The translations under genes and the position numbers were made by a program. This document shows, piece by piece, positions 26,681 through 36,318 of a stretch of DNA of 64,000 nucleotides (the first letter of the stretch is position 1; every line of letters starts with the position of its first letter). The DNA is from Bispira polyomma (taxonomy: Eukaryota). The stretch is from positions 68,944,001-69,008,000 of the forward strand of contig OZ287748.1 of assembly GCA_965649765.1 (NCBI GenBank), read 5' to 3'. The notes beneath the pieces are model-generated. The model worked only from the letters and a program-made list of their open reading frames with translations. It did no database searches and had not been told where the DNA came from.

Positions 26681-27892
26681 CTAATTATCTCTTTTCCACA
26701 AGCAAATAAAATTGTGGGCACTAGTCATCTTGTGGGAATGCGGTATCAGAGAAGCTATATTGTACTGTATGGCAATAGTTTCATGTATATCAAAATAATT
26801 GACAAATATAGATTGCATATGGGACATTGTGTATCATCATGCTATATCTGCATTGTTATTACAATTACATATATGCTTGTTTACCTATTGTATCATATAA
26901 TTGTAACCAAAATGGAGAATAAAAAAATCTGTTTTAAAATTTAAAAAAAGTTAACTTCTGGGGGCACAAAATTTTTTAAAAGCAGGGGATAACAAAACTT
27001 GAGGTACTACCTTTTCCTAACGCTTACTTCCATTACTTCCATTCACTACGTTTTACCTCACGTTAGCCATTTTTCATGCGTAAGCGAAGGATAAGCTCAG
27101 TGTGACAATGGTTTTAGAAAATACACACCCGTATGTAAACGTTATGATGCTGTTGAGTGCATTATCATTGGGAAAACTAAATGGGCATTTATACAGTTAA
27201 GGTTCAGTGTGTAAATAATGGTAGGTTTAACACAGCTAAGACATGTATTAAGCCTGTTTATATACTATTGGGGCTGCCCTTTTTACCAAAACATGTGATC
27301 GAGTATGAACGATTTACCCTCTTACAGATTAAGAGGTGTGTACACAATTACAAATTTTAATCACAGAAAACTTTCCACAATTCCAACAGCTGAAGCATAG
27401 CATATTTATTCTCTCTGGTCATTGCAAAATTTTCCATTTAAACGTTTGTTTTATTAACAAATACGTAAATTTTGTGATAAATCCATTACAAATTACATAA
27501 ATAAGTAATTAATGACCTACAAGACTATGTCATCTATTATATTTAGATTGCTATATCTTCATTATATTTGGCATGTGGATCAAATGACACTATTATGTAG
27601 GGATTAGTGTCGTGGGTTTGTTTCTGTATGTGTGTAAACGTGGCTTAAAGTGGGGAATTAGTGACCGTATGTGACAGAAACGTGCACATGTCCCACTCGT
27701 GTGTGACGTCAACATGTGACGTCATGGCATTTGGATTTCCCTGAAACGTCAAAAAGTGACGTTTACATTCCAGATGTTGACAATGTGGGGGACAGAATAA
27801 CCATAGACATCTGATATTTTGGTTGGTGATTGTTCTTTTATATGAAGGTTGTTGTATGTACATGTATTTATATATGTACCCTTTTAGTAATT

Positions 27893-28104
27893 TACACAGC
27901 ACGACCCTAAAGGGGTATGCTTATTCAGTTCCCTTAGCAAATATATACCTTTACCTTAACCCCTAGGGGTCCATTCGAATACTGGTCAATGGCCTCTCTT
28001 TCGATTAACCAATGGGAGACATTTGAACCCCAAATTTTACCTCTCACATGGTCACCCTACCATATTGAATTTCGTTTTACGAGAGACAACATTAGAAATA
28101 TTTT
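27893..28104 (+). repeat. A1 split direct repeat of element 2
   Basis: Near-identical to 33501-33712; contains a CCAAT motif at ~28009. Confidence 0.95.
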
Positions 28105-28218
28105 TGTGCGACACTTAATGATAAAGTGTCTGAACTTTATAGTCTTTTAGTTTTTTACCTTGGAATGGTTTTTATCATATACATATTGTTTTAACTGTGA
28201 ATTATATACCGTGTACAC

Positions 28219-29531
28219 ATGGGACGAGCTAAGAAAACACCGACGAAAGCAGCACCCAAGTCGAAACGACAGAAGAAGTCTACTGTGAAGGGTACAAAGG
28301 GTAATGTAGCTTATAGCACTGACATGAATGAAAGTATAATAGGAGACCTACGGGTTCCGTCCGAGCAAGCTCTCTGCTCTCATCAAAATTCACCTCAAGC
28401 GGGATGTTCCACCTTCCCGATGGCGGGTTCGGTAGATTTACAACACCCAATGCCACAAGCGATGCAATCCGCTACTTCGGTCAATCCTACCAGTGATAAC
28501 GTAGCAATATTGACAATGTTGAATCGAATGGAGCAATCTAACGCTGCCATAGCCCGTCGGTTGGACCAGATAGAAGCTAGGGGGTTACACCTGTACAGAC
28601 AACTGCCGTGTCCACTACAGCGCTTCAACCGGCTTACGTACCTTCACCAGTGGTACAGCCTACCAGCGGTTATGGAAATATAACCGCTTCGACTGCTTCA
28701 GTCGTGCAGCCTGCGTCCGTATCCAGCACAGCGCTTCCACCAGTTTATGTTCAGCCTACCAGCGGTTATGGACATTTGGTCGGGCCCACTACTACAGCTT
28801 CAACCTCAGCTGAATACACACGTGACGGAATTGTTCCTAGGACGGACGTTTTGAGGTCGATGCCCGAGGTGCAAGCCTTAGTGAATCAGCGGCTGGCTGA
28901 GTATGAAGTCAGGGCACAAGCTATCTTTAACCAAGGTAAGGTTAATTCGCGACAGAAGTCGGGACGTTATAACAATACCGACACAGCGGCCACAGATCCG
29001 CGCATGAAATGGGCTAACGAAGGTTGGAGTGGGGGGTCTTCACATAAGCGTCCAACGTTTGATGAGCTTTCCCTTCCACATTGGGCTGCAGGGCAGTTGT
29101 GTAATGCTTTACTGATAAGTGACAACCAGTTGTTACGTGATATGATCCAGCAAGTAGTACTCTCGCTGAAGGATGCTTCGTCGCTCCCCTGGGAGGTCGT
29201 CCGCACGGTGTGGGCGACAAGCATGCAGGAGGTCGAGGAAGGGCGGCTGACCTGGGATAACACTACTCAGTGGTCGCTCAACCGAATTAGCGCGTCCCAG
29301 ACAGTGATGGCTAATTCATCTCACAGCACAGGTTCGGCTGGTGCATATACGGGGAGATCCACGATTTGCAAGTTGTTTAATTCAGGGAAATGTTCACAGA
29401 AGAATGATCATGGAAATTACAAGCATGCCTGCTGGCATTGTGCTACCGTTTTGAATAAAGATTCGCCTCATCCTGAGTTTAAGTGCTACAAGGCCAATGC
29501 CACAAAACAGTTGGAAAATAAGCATAGTTAG
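28219..29531 (+). CDS. Gag-like ORF1 of element 2 (single frameshift in the G-run at ~28580)
   Basis: Basic N-terminus, coiled coil, RPTFDELSLPHWAAGQL, C-terminal CKLFNSGKC..H..C..C..H..C. Colinear with element 3 gag, which is open across the G-run position. Confidence 0.85.
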
Positions 29532-32306
29532 GACCTTGACCGACTACCAGTGAAAGGAACATTAGCAGTGAGTTGTAGGGACAGAACTGTAGAAACTAAC
29601 GTATCTAAGTCAATAAATTTAAAAGATAATGGCATTGTAAGCTATAATGATGAAGACATTTTGCCTAACTATTTGGAAATTATTCATAATGATAAACAAT
29701 GCATGCATAATGTGATTGATATCAATGATACTGGCATTACTACACAGTTTGAGGGTAACCAAATGGAACATAATGAGCAAAAAAAGATTATAGATGGAAA
29801 TCGTACACATGTACACAGACCTTATGGTCATTCTGGGGATACAACCAATAAAAATAAAAAATTGGCAAGTATAACAGGTGAAGACAAGTTCCATTTGGGT
29901 ACCACAAATACTGTAATATATGTTTCTAATTTTCAATGTCAACAGGACAGGGAAAGTAGTGGGCACAATGTGTTAGATTCCACACAAGCATATGTGGAGA
30001 TTTCGAAAACAAATTGGGAATTTTGCACTGATATCGGGGGACCATTGTTCCCCGTGGTTTTCGTGAACTCTGTTCACTCAGAAATTAATGGTTTTTATAC
30101 CTGGAGGGATGGGGGTCACACAAAAGGGAGTGCATTGGTAAAATGTCTTGGCACTCCAATAGGTCCTATTTATATTTTAGGAAAATTCTATACACAGGTA
30201 ACCATCATGGAAAGTCATGAGGACATTATGGATGTTCATAAGGTATACATTCCTACGGATACTGATCACATGGTGGCTAGAAATACCTCCTATCATTATA
30301 AGAAAGACATTGAATGTCAACAACGGCATAATGTTAATTATACTACATATATAACTAACTTAATCGATAAGTTGATTGAAGCTGATGATATAGTCACACA
30401 GCCATTTGATCATTGTACAAACTTGGACATGCATGAAGGGAAGACAAAACTTCATCGCAAGGACAAGTCACTGGATGGAGGACAAGCAAATATCACAGTG
30501 TATGAATTTAAGGATCATGGTTCAGAGATAGATAGTCAGAATAAGGCAATTAAGGATTTTAACTTTCCAGATAAGGATAAGGGTTTCATTGCTTTAAGTC
30601 ATACAGAATTTGAATTCTGTGGCCCAGATAGGGCTCCAATTAAAATTACTACAGTGCAACAAATGGTGGATATAGCTCACACAATCAAGGATTCTGGTTG
30701 TGCCAATTATAAGGGCGCCAGAATACCAATAGCTTCTGGATTACAAATCCAGGCTTGGGAGAAGGTTTTGCTTGATTATCCGGATAAGTTGTTACTCCAA
30801 TATTTAACTTTTGGGTTTCCACTTTCTCTTGAGCGTTCTGAAAATCTAACAGTTAAGGAAGTTTCTAATCATAGTTCTGCCCTGCAACATGCAGAGGCAG
30901 TTAGTCAATATATCAGTAAGGAACAAGTCCATGGTGCCATGTTAGGTCCGGTTAAGAAAGTAGATAGCGAGTTGTTTCACTGTTCCCCCTTACTCACTCG
31001 TCCTAAAGACGGAAATAAACACAGAGTGATCCTTAACCTCTCTTATCCGGAAGGCAGTTCGGTTAACAGTAATGTAGATAAACAACGTTTCGATGGAGTC
31101 GAATTCGCTTTAAAGTTCCCGACCATAGATGACATTGTAGCAAAAATCAGGGATACCGATAATCCTAAGATATTCAAATTGGATATTTCGAGGGCATTTA
31201 GGAATTTAAGAATAGATCCGGTCGATGCCATGAAGCTAGGTATCTGTTTTAATGAATATAAGTACATTGATCCGGCTATGGCGTTCGGATGGATACACGG
31301 ATCCGGATCTTTTCAGAGATGCTCTGACGTCATAGCTTACACCATGCGCAAACGTAAACATACTATATTTTGCTACATTGATGACTACATCGGAATATCA
31401 CCTGCTCATGAGGCAGAAGGCGCTTTTAACGATCTTTATGAGTTAGTAACGTCCTTGGGTCTTCCCCTAAATCCGGACAAGATCTCACGTCCTAGTAGAA
31501 ATATAACTTGCCTGGGGATAGATATTGACATAGAGGAGGGCCTTATTAGTATTTCCAAGGAAAAATTGGAACAAACTTACGAATGTTGCCAACAAGCTTT
31601 TAATAAGAAGTGGATGTCTAGAAGAAATTTCCAATCTGTTTTAGGCAGGCTTCTATATGTTCATAAGTGTGTTAAGCCGGCTAGGATTTTTATAAATCGA
31701 TTATTAATGGCTTTCAGGAAGAATGCTCATGCAAAGCGATTTCATATTACTAATGATATAAAAGCAGATTTGCTTTGGTTTATACGTTTTCTTCCCTTGT
31801 ATAATGGCATAACTTATATCGATCCAATAATTCCTCCTCACCAGAATGAAGTATTCATTGATGCATGTTTAACTGGTTTAGGGGGGCTTTATACTGACCA
31901 AGTTTTTGCTTCTCCATTTTATAACATCTATAATCAGCAGCTGTCCATAGTGCATATTGAAATGCTTAATATATTAATTGCCTTGCGTGTGTGGGGGATA
32001 CAGTGGAAACATAAGAGAATAATTATTAACTGTGACAACATGGCTGTGGTACTGGTAGTTAGGTCTGATAAGACTAAGGACCAATTTTTAGCTTTATGTT
32101 TAAGGAATATGTGGCTGCTTACTGCAGCTTATGACATTACTTTGGTTATTCAGCATGTTAGGGGGAAGGACAATACTATAGCAGACATTTTATCAAGGTT
32201 ATACTCAGATCACCCACCAACTGGTCACCAGGTCGACATGTTAGAAACAGGATATAAATGGCATAGTATTCCTATTCAATACTTTAACTTGAATTTAAAT
32301 GTTTAA
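29532..32306 (+). CDS. Pol (long N-terminal extension + RT + RNase H) of element 2, in frame with gag after a single TAG
   Basis: KLDISRAFR, MAFG, YIDD, DAC, EMLN, CDN and ADILSR motifs; uninterrupted ORF. Confidence 0.95.
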   Translation, partial: DLDRLPVKGTLAVSCRDRTVETNVSKSINLKDNGIVSYNDEDILPNYLEIIHNDKQCMHNVIDINDTGITTQFEGNQMEHNEQKKIIDGNRTHVHRPYGHSGDTTNKNKKLASITGEDKFHLGTTNTVIYVSNFQCQQDRESSGHNVLDSTQAYVEISKTNWEFCTDIGGPLFPVVFVNSVHSEINGFYTWRDGGHTKGSALVKCLGTPIGPIYILGKFYTQVTIMESHEDIMDVHKVYIPTDTDHMVARNTSYHYKKDIECQQRHNVNYTTYITNLIDKLIEADDIVTQPFDHCTNLDMHEGKTKLHRKDKSLDGGQANITVYEFKDHGSEIDSQNKAIKDFNFPDKDKGFIALSHTEFEFCGPDRAPIKITTVQQMVDIAHTIKDSGCANYKGARIPIASGLQIQAWEKVLLDYPDKLLLQYLTFGFPLSLERSENLTVKEVSNHSSALQHAEAVSQYISKEQVHGAMLGPVKKVDSELFHCSPLLTRPKDGNKHRVILNLSYPEGSSVNSNVDKQRFDGVEFALKFPTIDDIVAKIRDTDNPKIFKLDISRAFRNLRIDPVDAMKLGICFNEYKYIDPAMAFGWIHGSGSFQRCSDVIAYTMRKRKHTIFCYIDDYIGISPAHEAEGAFNDLYELVTSLGLPLNPDKISRPSRNITCLGIDIDIEEGLISISKEKLEQTYECCQQAFNKKWMSRRNFQSVLGRLLYVHKCVKPARIFINRLLMAFRKNAHAKRFHITNDIKADLLWFIRFLPLYNGITYIDPIIPPHQNEVFIDACLTGLGGLYTDQVFASPFYNIYNQQLSIVHIEMLNILIALRVWGIQWKHKRIIINCDNMAVVLVVRSDKTKDQFLALCLRNMWLLTAAYDITLVIQHVRGKDNTIADILSRLYSDHPPTGHQVDMLETGYKWHSIPIQYFNLNLNV

Positions 32307-32312
32307 TTGTAG

Positions 32313-33289
32313 GAACCAACACCGTGACTCAACACCTTATGAATTCTGCATGGAAACGGGTCTCTTCAGCATTACGTCCAAAGACTACTGCTACATACAA
32401 CCAACAGTTTAGAACTTTCATTGCTTTTCTTATATTTGTTGGCATAGAGGACATTTCAACTAATTCTGTTATAGCATTTTTGGAGTACCTGGCGCAAAAC
32501 GGCTCTTCCCCTAATGTTTTAACCAACCATTTATCAGCTCTAAAGTTCACAGCTAACAAACTATATTGGAACCAAAATATTTTCGAAAATCCTTCAGTTT
32601 CCATGTTTATTAGGAGTTTGTCACATTCTTCTACTTTTAGACCTCAACCTAGGGGTATTTTTGATATTACACATTTACAACAGATATCTAAAGTATGTGA
32701 CATTCTGGGGGATCCCCCATTATATAGGGCAATATTTCTGGTGGCATACTTTGGATTCCTTAGAATCTCAAACATTGCTCCACATTCCAGAAATAAATTT
32801 GACCCAACGCGTCATTTCCTTAGAAAGGATGTGGTGTTTGGCCATCCTGGAGCCCATTTAATACTTAAATGGGCTAAGAACTTACAAAATAGATCAGAAC
32901 ATCATGTAATTCAATTACCCCAACTGCAGAATATACATTTGTGCCCAGTCAGGGCACTTCATAAATTGTTAGATTCAAGGGCTTTGCCTGTGGAGTGTCC
33001 ACTTTTTGTTACTGCAAGTTTTCCTCATGTTCCCATTGTGGAGACTCATGTCAGATATTCTTTAACTTCGGTTTTACAACATATAGGTATACCACACAAA
33101 GGTCATAGTTTCCACACATTTAGAAGGTCAGGAGCTACCTATGCTTTTAACAATAACGTTTCTCTCCAAAACATTATGTCTCACGGGTTATGGAGATCTT
33201 CAGCAGTCTGGGTTTATCTTCAGAAAACTCCTCAGGCTGCTGCAACTATTCCCCTTGCGTTTGCTTCCTCTATCCCTTCTTCCCTTTAG
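32313..33289 (+). CDS. Tyrosine recombinase of element 2, intact
   Basis: FLRISN, LKWAK, HTFRRSGAT, HGLWRSSAVWVY; preceded by the acceptor-like TTGTAG. Confidence 0.95.
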
Positions 33290-33296
33290 TTTGGCT

Positions 33297-33712
33297 TGGG
33301 ATATTTTAAAATTCTCTCTTTAAATTTTAAAAACTTGAAATTTTTTAACCTACCCTGTATATACCTTACTAATGTGTATATAAAATAAACCTCAAACTAC
33401 TATCTATTAATTTAATTTATTTCACCTTTAATTACTACAAGGTCACCTAATCTGCTTCTTAACTCTATATCTTTACCTCACTTTGCGAACAGGAGAACTG
33501 TACACAGCACGACCCTAAAGGGGTATGCTTATTCAGTTCCCTTAGCAAATATATACCTTTACCTTAACCCCTAGGGGTCCATTCGAATACTGGTCAATGG
33601 CCTCTCTTTCGATTAACCAATGGGAGACATTTGAACCCCAAATTTTACCTCTCACATGGTCACCCTACCATATTGAATTTCGTTTTACAAGAGACAACAT
33701 TAGAAATATTTT
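33297..33712 (+). repeat. Internal B1|A2 junction of element 2
   Basis: B1 33297-33500 abuts A2 33501-33712; AATAAA inside B. Confidence 0.95.
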
Positions 33713-34374
33713 CCCGCCTCCTCCCCTTACCACAGCTATTTTAAGAAAATTTTGATATATACAAGATATAATATGTATTATTTGTTACTCTTCCTACAAT
33801 CGGGCCCAAGACCGAGTGGAGGCCGGGTCCAGTCTACTTAAACCTCTCCCCTGAGCATCACGTTTAGGGAGCCAGGGTGGAATAAGAGCTCTGAGAGGCT
33901 GGACTTACCTCTGCCAGGCGGTGTTGTCCAAGGTCTTGGGTTCTAATGGCATTGCAGTGTACTTGCTGTAGGTGGAGAGCGTCCCCATTAGGGGTAATCA
34001 TATTTGAGCGTAGGACATTAGATTATGTTATTAGACTATATAAAGACATTCATTTAGATTTTATGTATTAGGAGTTACATATTGAACATATATGTACACA
34101 TAAGAGGCACAAATTATGATCTTAACGTATAGGGACTAACGTGAAATAGGTATTGCATAGCATGTAATCACTGGATTATGAGTTGTAGAGAGTGACGGCT
34201 TATTAGGACAATATAGACTTTATGGTTTACGTATATGAAGGGTGCTGTTAGTAGAGTGAAGGAGATTTAGTATATGTCTGTGTTTAACGACATACTTCAG
34301 TTATGGTATTTGCTATACACTGTTTAATTGTCTTATTGTGATTTGATTTATGTACTGATGAGTATTACTCATAG

Positions 34375-34578
34375 TGGGATATTTTAAAATTCTCTCTTTA
34401 AATTTTAAAAACTTGAAATTTTTTAAGCTACCCTGTATATACCTTACTAATGTGTATATAAAATAAACCTCAAACTACTATCTATTAATTTAATTTATTT
34501 CACCTTTAATTACTACAAGGTCACCTAATCTGCTTCTTAACTCTATATCTTTACCTCACTTTGCGAACAGGAGAACTG
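34375..34578 (+). repeat. B2 terminal repeat of element 2
   Basis: Near-identical to 33297-33500. Confidence 0.95.
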
Positions 34579-35470
34579 AACACAAATATATCACATTATA
34601 TCGTCACAAAGTTCAGGAGACACACAAATGGAACTTTAAAAATGAGTTGTCACTAATGTCTACTTTTTTACACGTGTCGGTATCTAAATGTCAAACCTTC
34701 ACAATAACAATCTGGTCAAAACACTGACCATTACCTTTATAGTTGTAATGATCATCAAAAATCATTTGAAGCAAGTTTCAGTCCAAACTTAATGCTGATG
34801 TTTTTGTACATTTTATGTAATATGTTAGTTTATTGGTTTCAGTTTTAATCAACACTGTCATGCACAATTGTTCCATTTATGCACTGGTATGTATTAGATT
34901 GTGAAGGAATTTTTTTGGTTTAATGTGACATAAGGAATTATTGGAGAAAATAAAAAAATGAAAGGTAGGGATCTTATACAGCCCATAAACGGCGCATTTC
35001 CATCACATAAATACTTAACAATTAACATTTACTTATTGGTCCATTCACAATAATAGTAAAATGTCATTTGTGTGACAATATTTATGGAAACTGCTCAGTT
35101 GAAATTTCTCTTAAACTCACATAATCCTAAAGTCAGTAAAGTCTTTCAAATGTAAGAATCTTATAATACTCCATTTACTATTATTATGTAAAATATAAAT
35201 CTATAACAAGTATATGTAGTTACATCCTTAAAGTAATCCCTCAAAGCTGTATTTTATGGGAGGAAAATAGATATTAATTAATTTGTTTCCACCAAAACAA
35301 AAACCGACAAAAATCAAATCTTAAAGTTTGACTTAAATTTTAGCACCTTTGTAAACCTGCAGTGTGTTATTATAATTACTAGAAGTGGGGTGTTTCATTG
35401 ATCTTTTAACACAACAAAAGCCAGAGAGGGTCATCTTTTAGGACTTGCTTTTCTATGCCCTTTAAATTAA

Positions 35471-35832
35471 GCTGTATATAAGGCCCTGTGGTTTCAACAG
35501 CAAACCACATTCAACTCCCAGGAGACTGACTGGACAAAGATTTTCTTCTATCAACAGGTAAATGACAATATTTTATTCATCATCTGACGTATTTATTAAA
35601 AAAAATTAAGCTAAAGTTAATCAATTTGGAATATAGCTAGATGACTATATATTAAACGAATATAACTAAGAATTTTATAACCTTCATATATGTGCTATCT
35701 ATTGATATGGGATATGTTGTATTTTTGGGTTATCTTTAGATATTAGTATTTATAATACCTGATTAATTAAGTTTTACTGTTAATATTATAATTTGGTTTT
35801 TAGATAGGTTATTTTAATAGTAAGGGACAATG
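35471..35832 (+). promoter_or_regulatory. TATA box and non-coding first exons of the secreted-protein gene (exon 1 to 35557; 12-nt micro-exon 35821-35832)
   Basis: GTATATAAGG at ~35475; CAG|GTAAAT donor; TAATAG|TAAGGGACAATG|GTAAGT; conserved in copy 2. Confidence 0.6.
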
Positions 35833-35987
35833 GTAAGTATTTTAGTGTGTTTCATTCTTTTTGATCCTATAGATTGTCCATATTCCAAAACTTACTTTAT
35901 TTAGTAATATATAGAATGCTAACAGAAATATAGTATAGAATATACATCATTCATTGTTTTCTTAACTTGGCAGGCATTATATAATGA

Positions 35988-36203
35988 TACACAGGCGTTC
36001 ATGATACCGGTTGGGTCACAATGCCGTCTGTTGCCTTTTAAAGACTTTACCGATGGAAAATATTACTACAAACACATGCTACTTCATGTCTATGAATTAA
36101 ATCACAGAATACTTTATTTCATTTTAAATAAATCTACGTTTTAAACATTCAAATGTACATCGACCGTTATTGTGACCCGACCGGTATTATGACAGCCTGT
36201 GTG
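35988..36203. mobile_element. MITE related to 9081-9299
   Basis: TIRs CACAGGCGTTCATGATACCGGTTGGGTCACAAT / ATTGTGACCCGACCGGTATTATGACAGCCTGTG; left TIR deleted in copy 2. Confidence 0.75.
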
Positions 36204-36318
36204 AGTCTAGATACTGTACTTTCACTATATGAATTGGCTTGATCTATAAAGAATAACATTAATTGTTTACAAATAATATAAGAAGATAAAACTTTGCCTT
36301 TGTAGCTAAGAATACATC

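Larger units (their letters stand above)
27893..34578 (+). mobile_element. Tyrosine-recombinase retrotransposon 2 (Ngaro-type), full length with split direct repeats A1-ORFs-B1A2-spacer-B2
   Basis: A1 27893-28104 matches A2 33501-33712 (212 bp, one mismatch seen). B1 33297-33500 matches B2 34375-34578 (204 bp, one mismatch seen). gag, RT-RH and YR ORFs; no methyltransferase domain. Confidence 0.96.

Noticed and set aside
28570-28690. Programmed frameshift within element 2 gag
   Set aside because: Element 3 gag is open across the homologous position; loss of one G in a homopolymer is the simpler explanation.
29529-29540. TAG|GAC as a splice acceptor for pol
   Set aside because: No pyrimidine tract, and joining to the phase-1 gag donor gives GGA CCT TGA (immediate stop).
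28395-32604. Antisense ORFs within the YR elements (also 10429-10632, 13805-14014, 59108-59873, 60841-61378)
   Set aside because: Short shadows of the sense ORFs; no recognisable motifs or independent conservation.
34352-34376. CTGATGAG as a hammerhead ribozyme core
   Set aside because: Followed only by a short ATGAGTA/TACTCAT hairpin; no GAAA core or stems I and III.
35830-35832. ATG at the end of the micro-exon as the start codon
   Set aside because: Out of frame with the signal-peptide ORF and replaced by GTG in copy 2.
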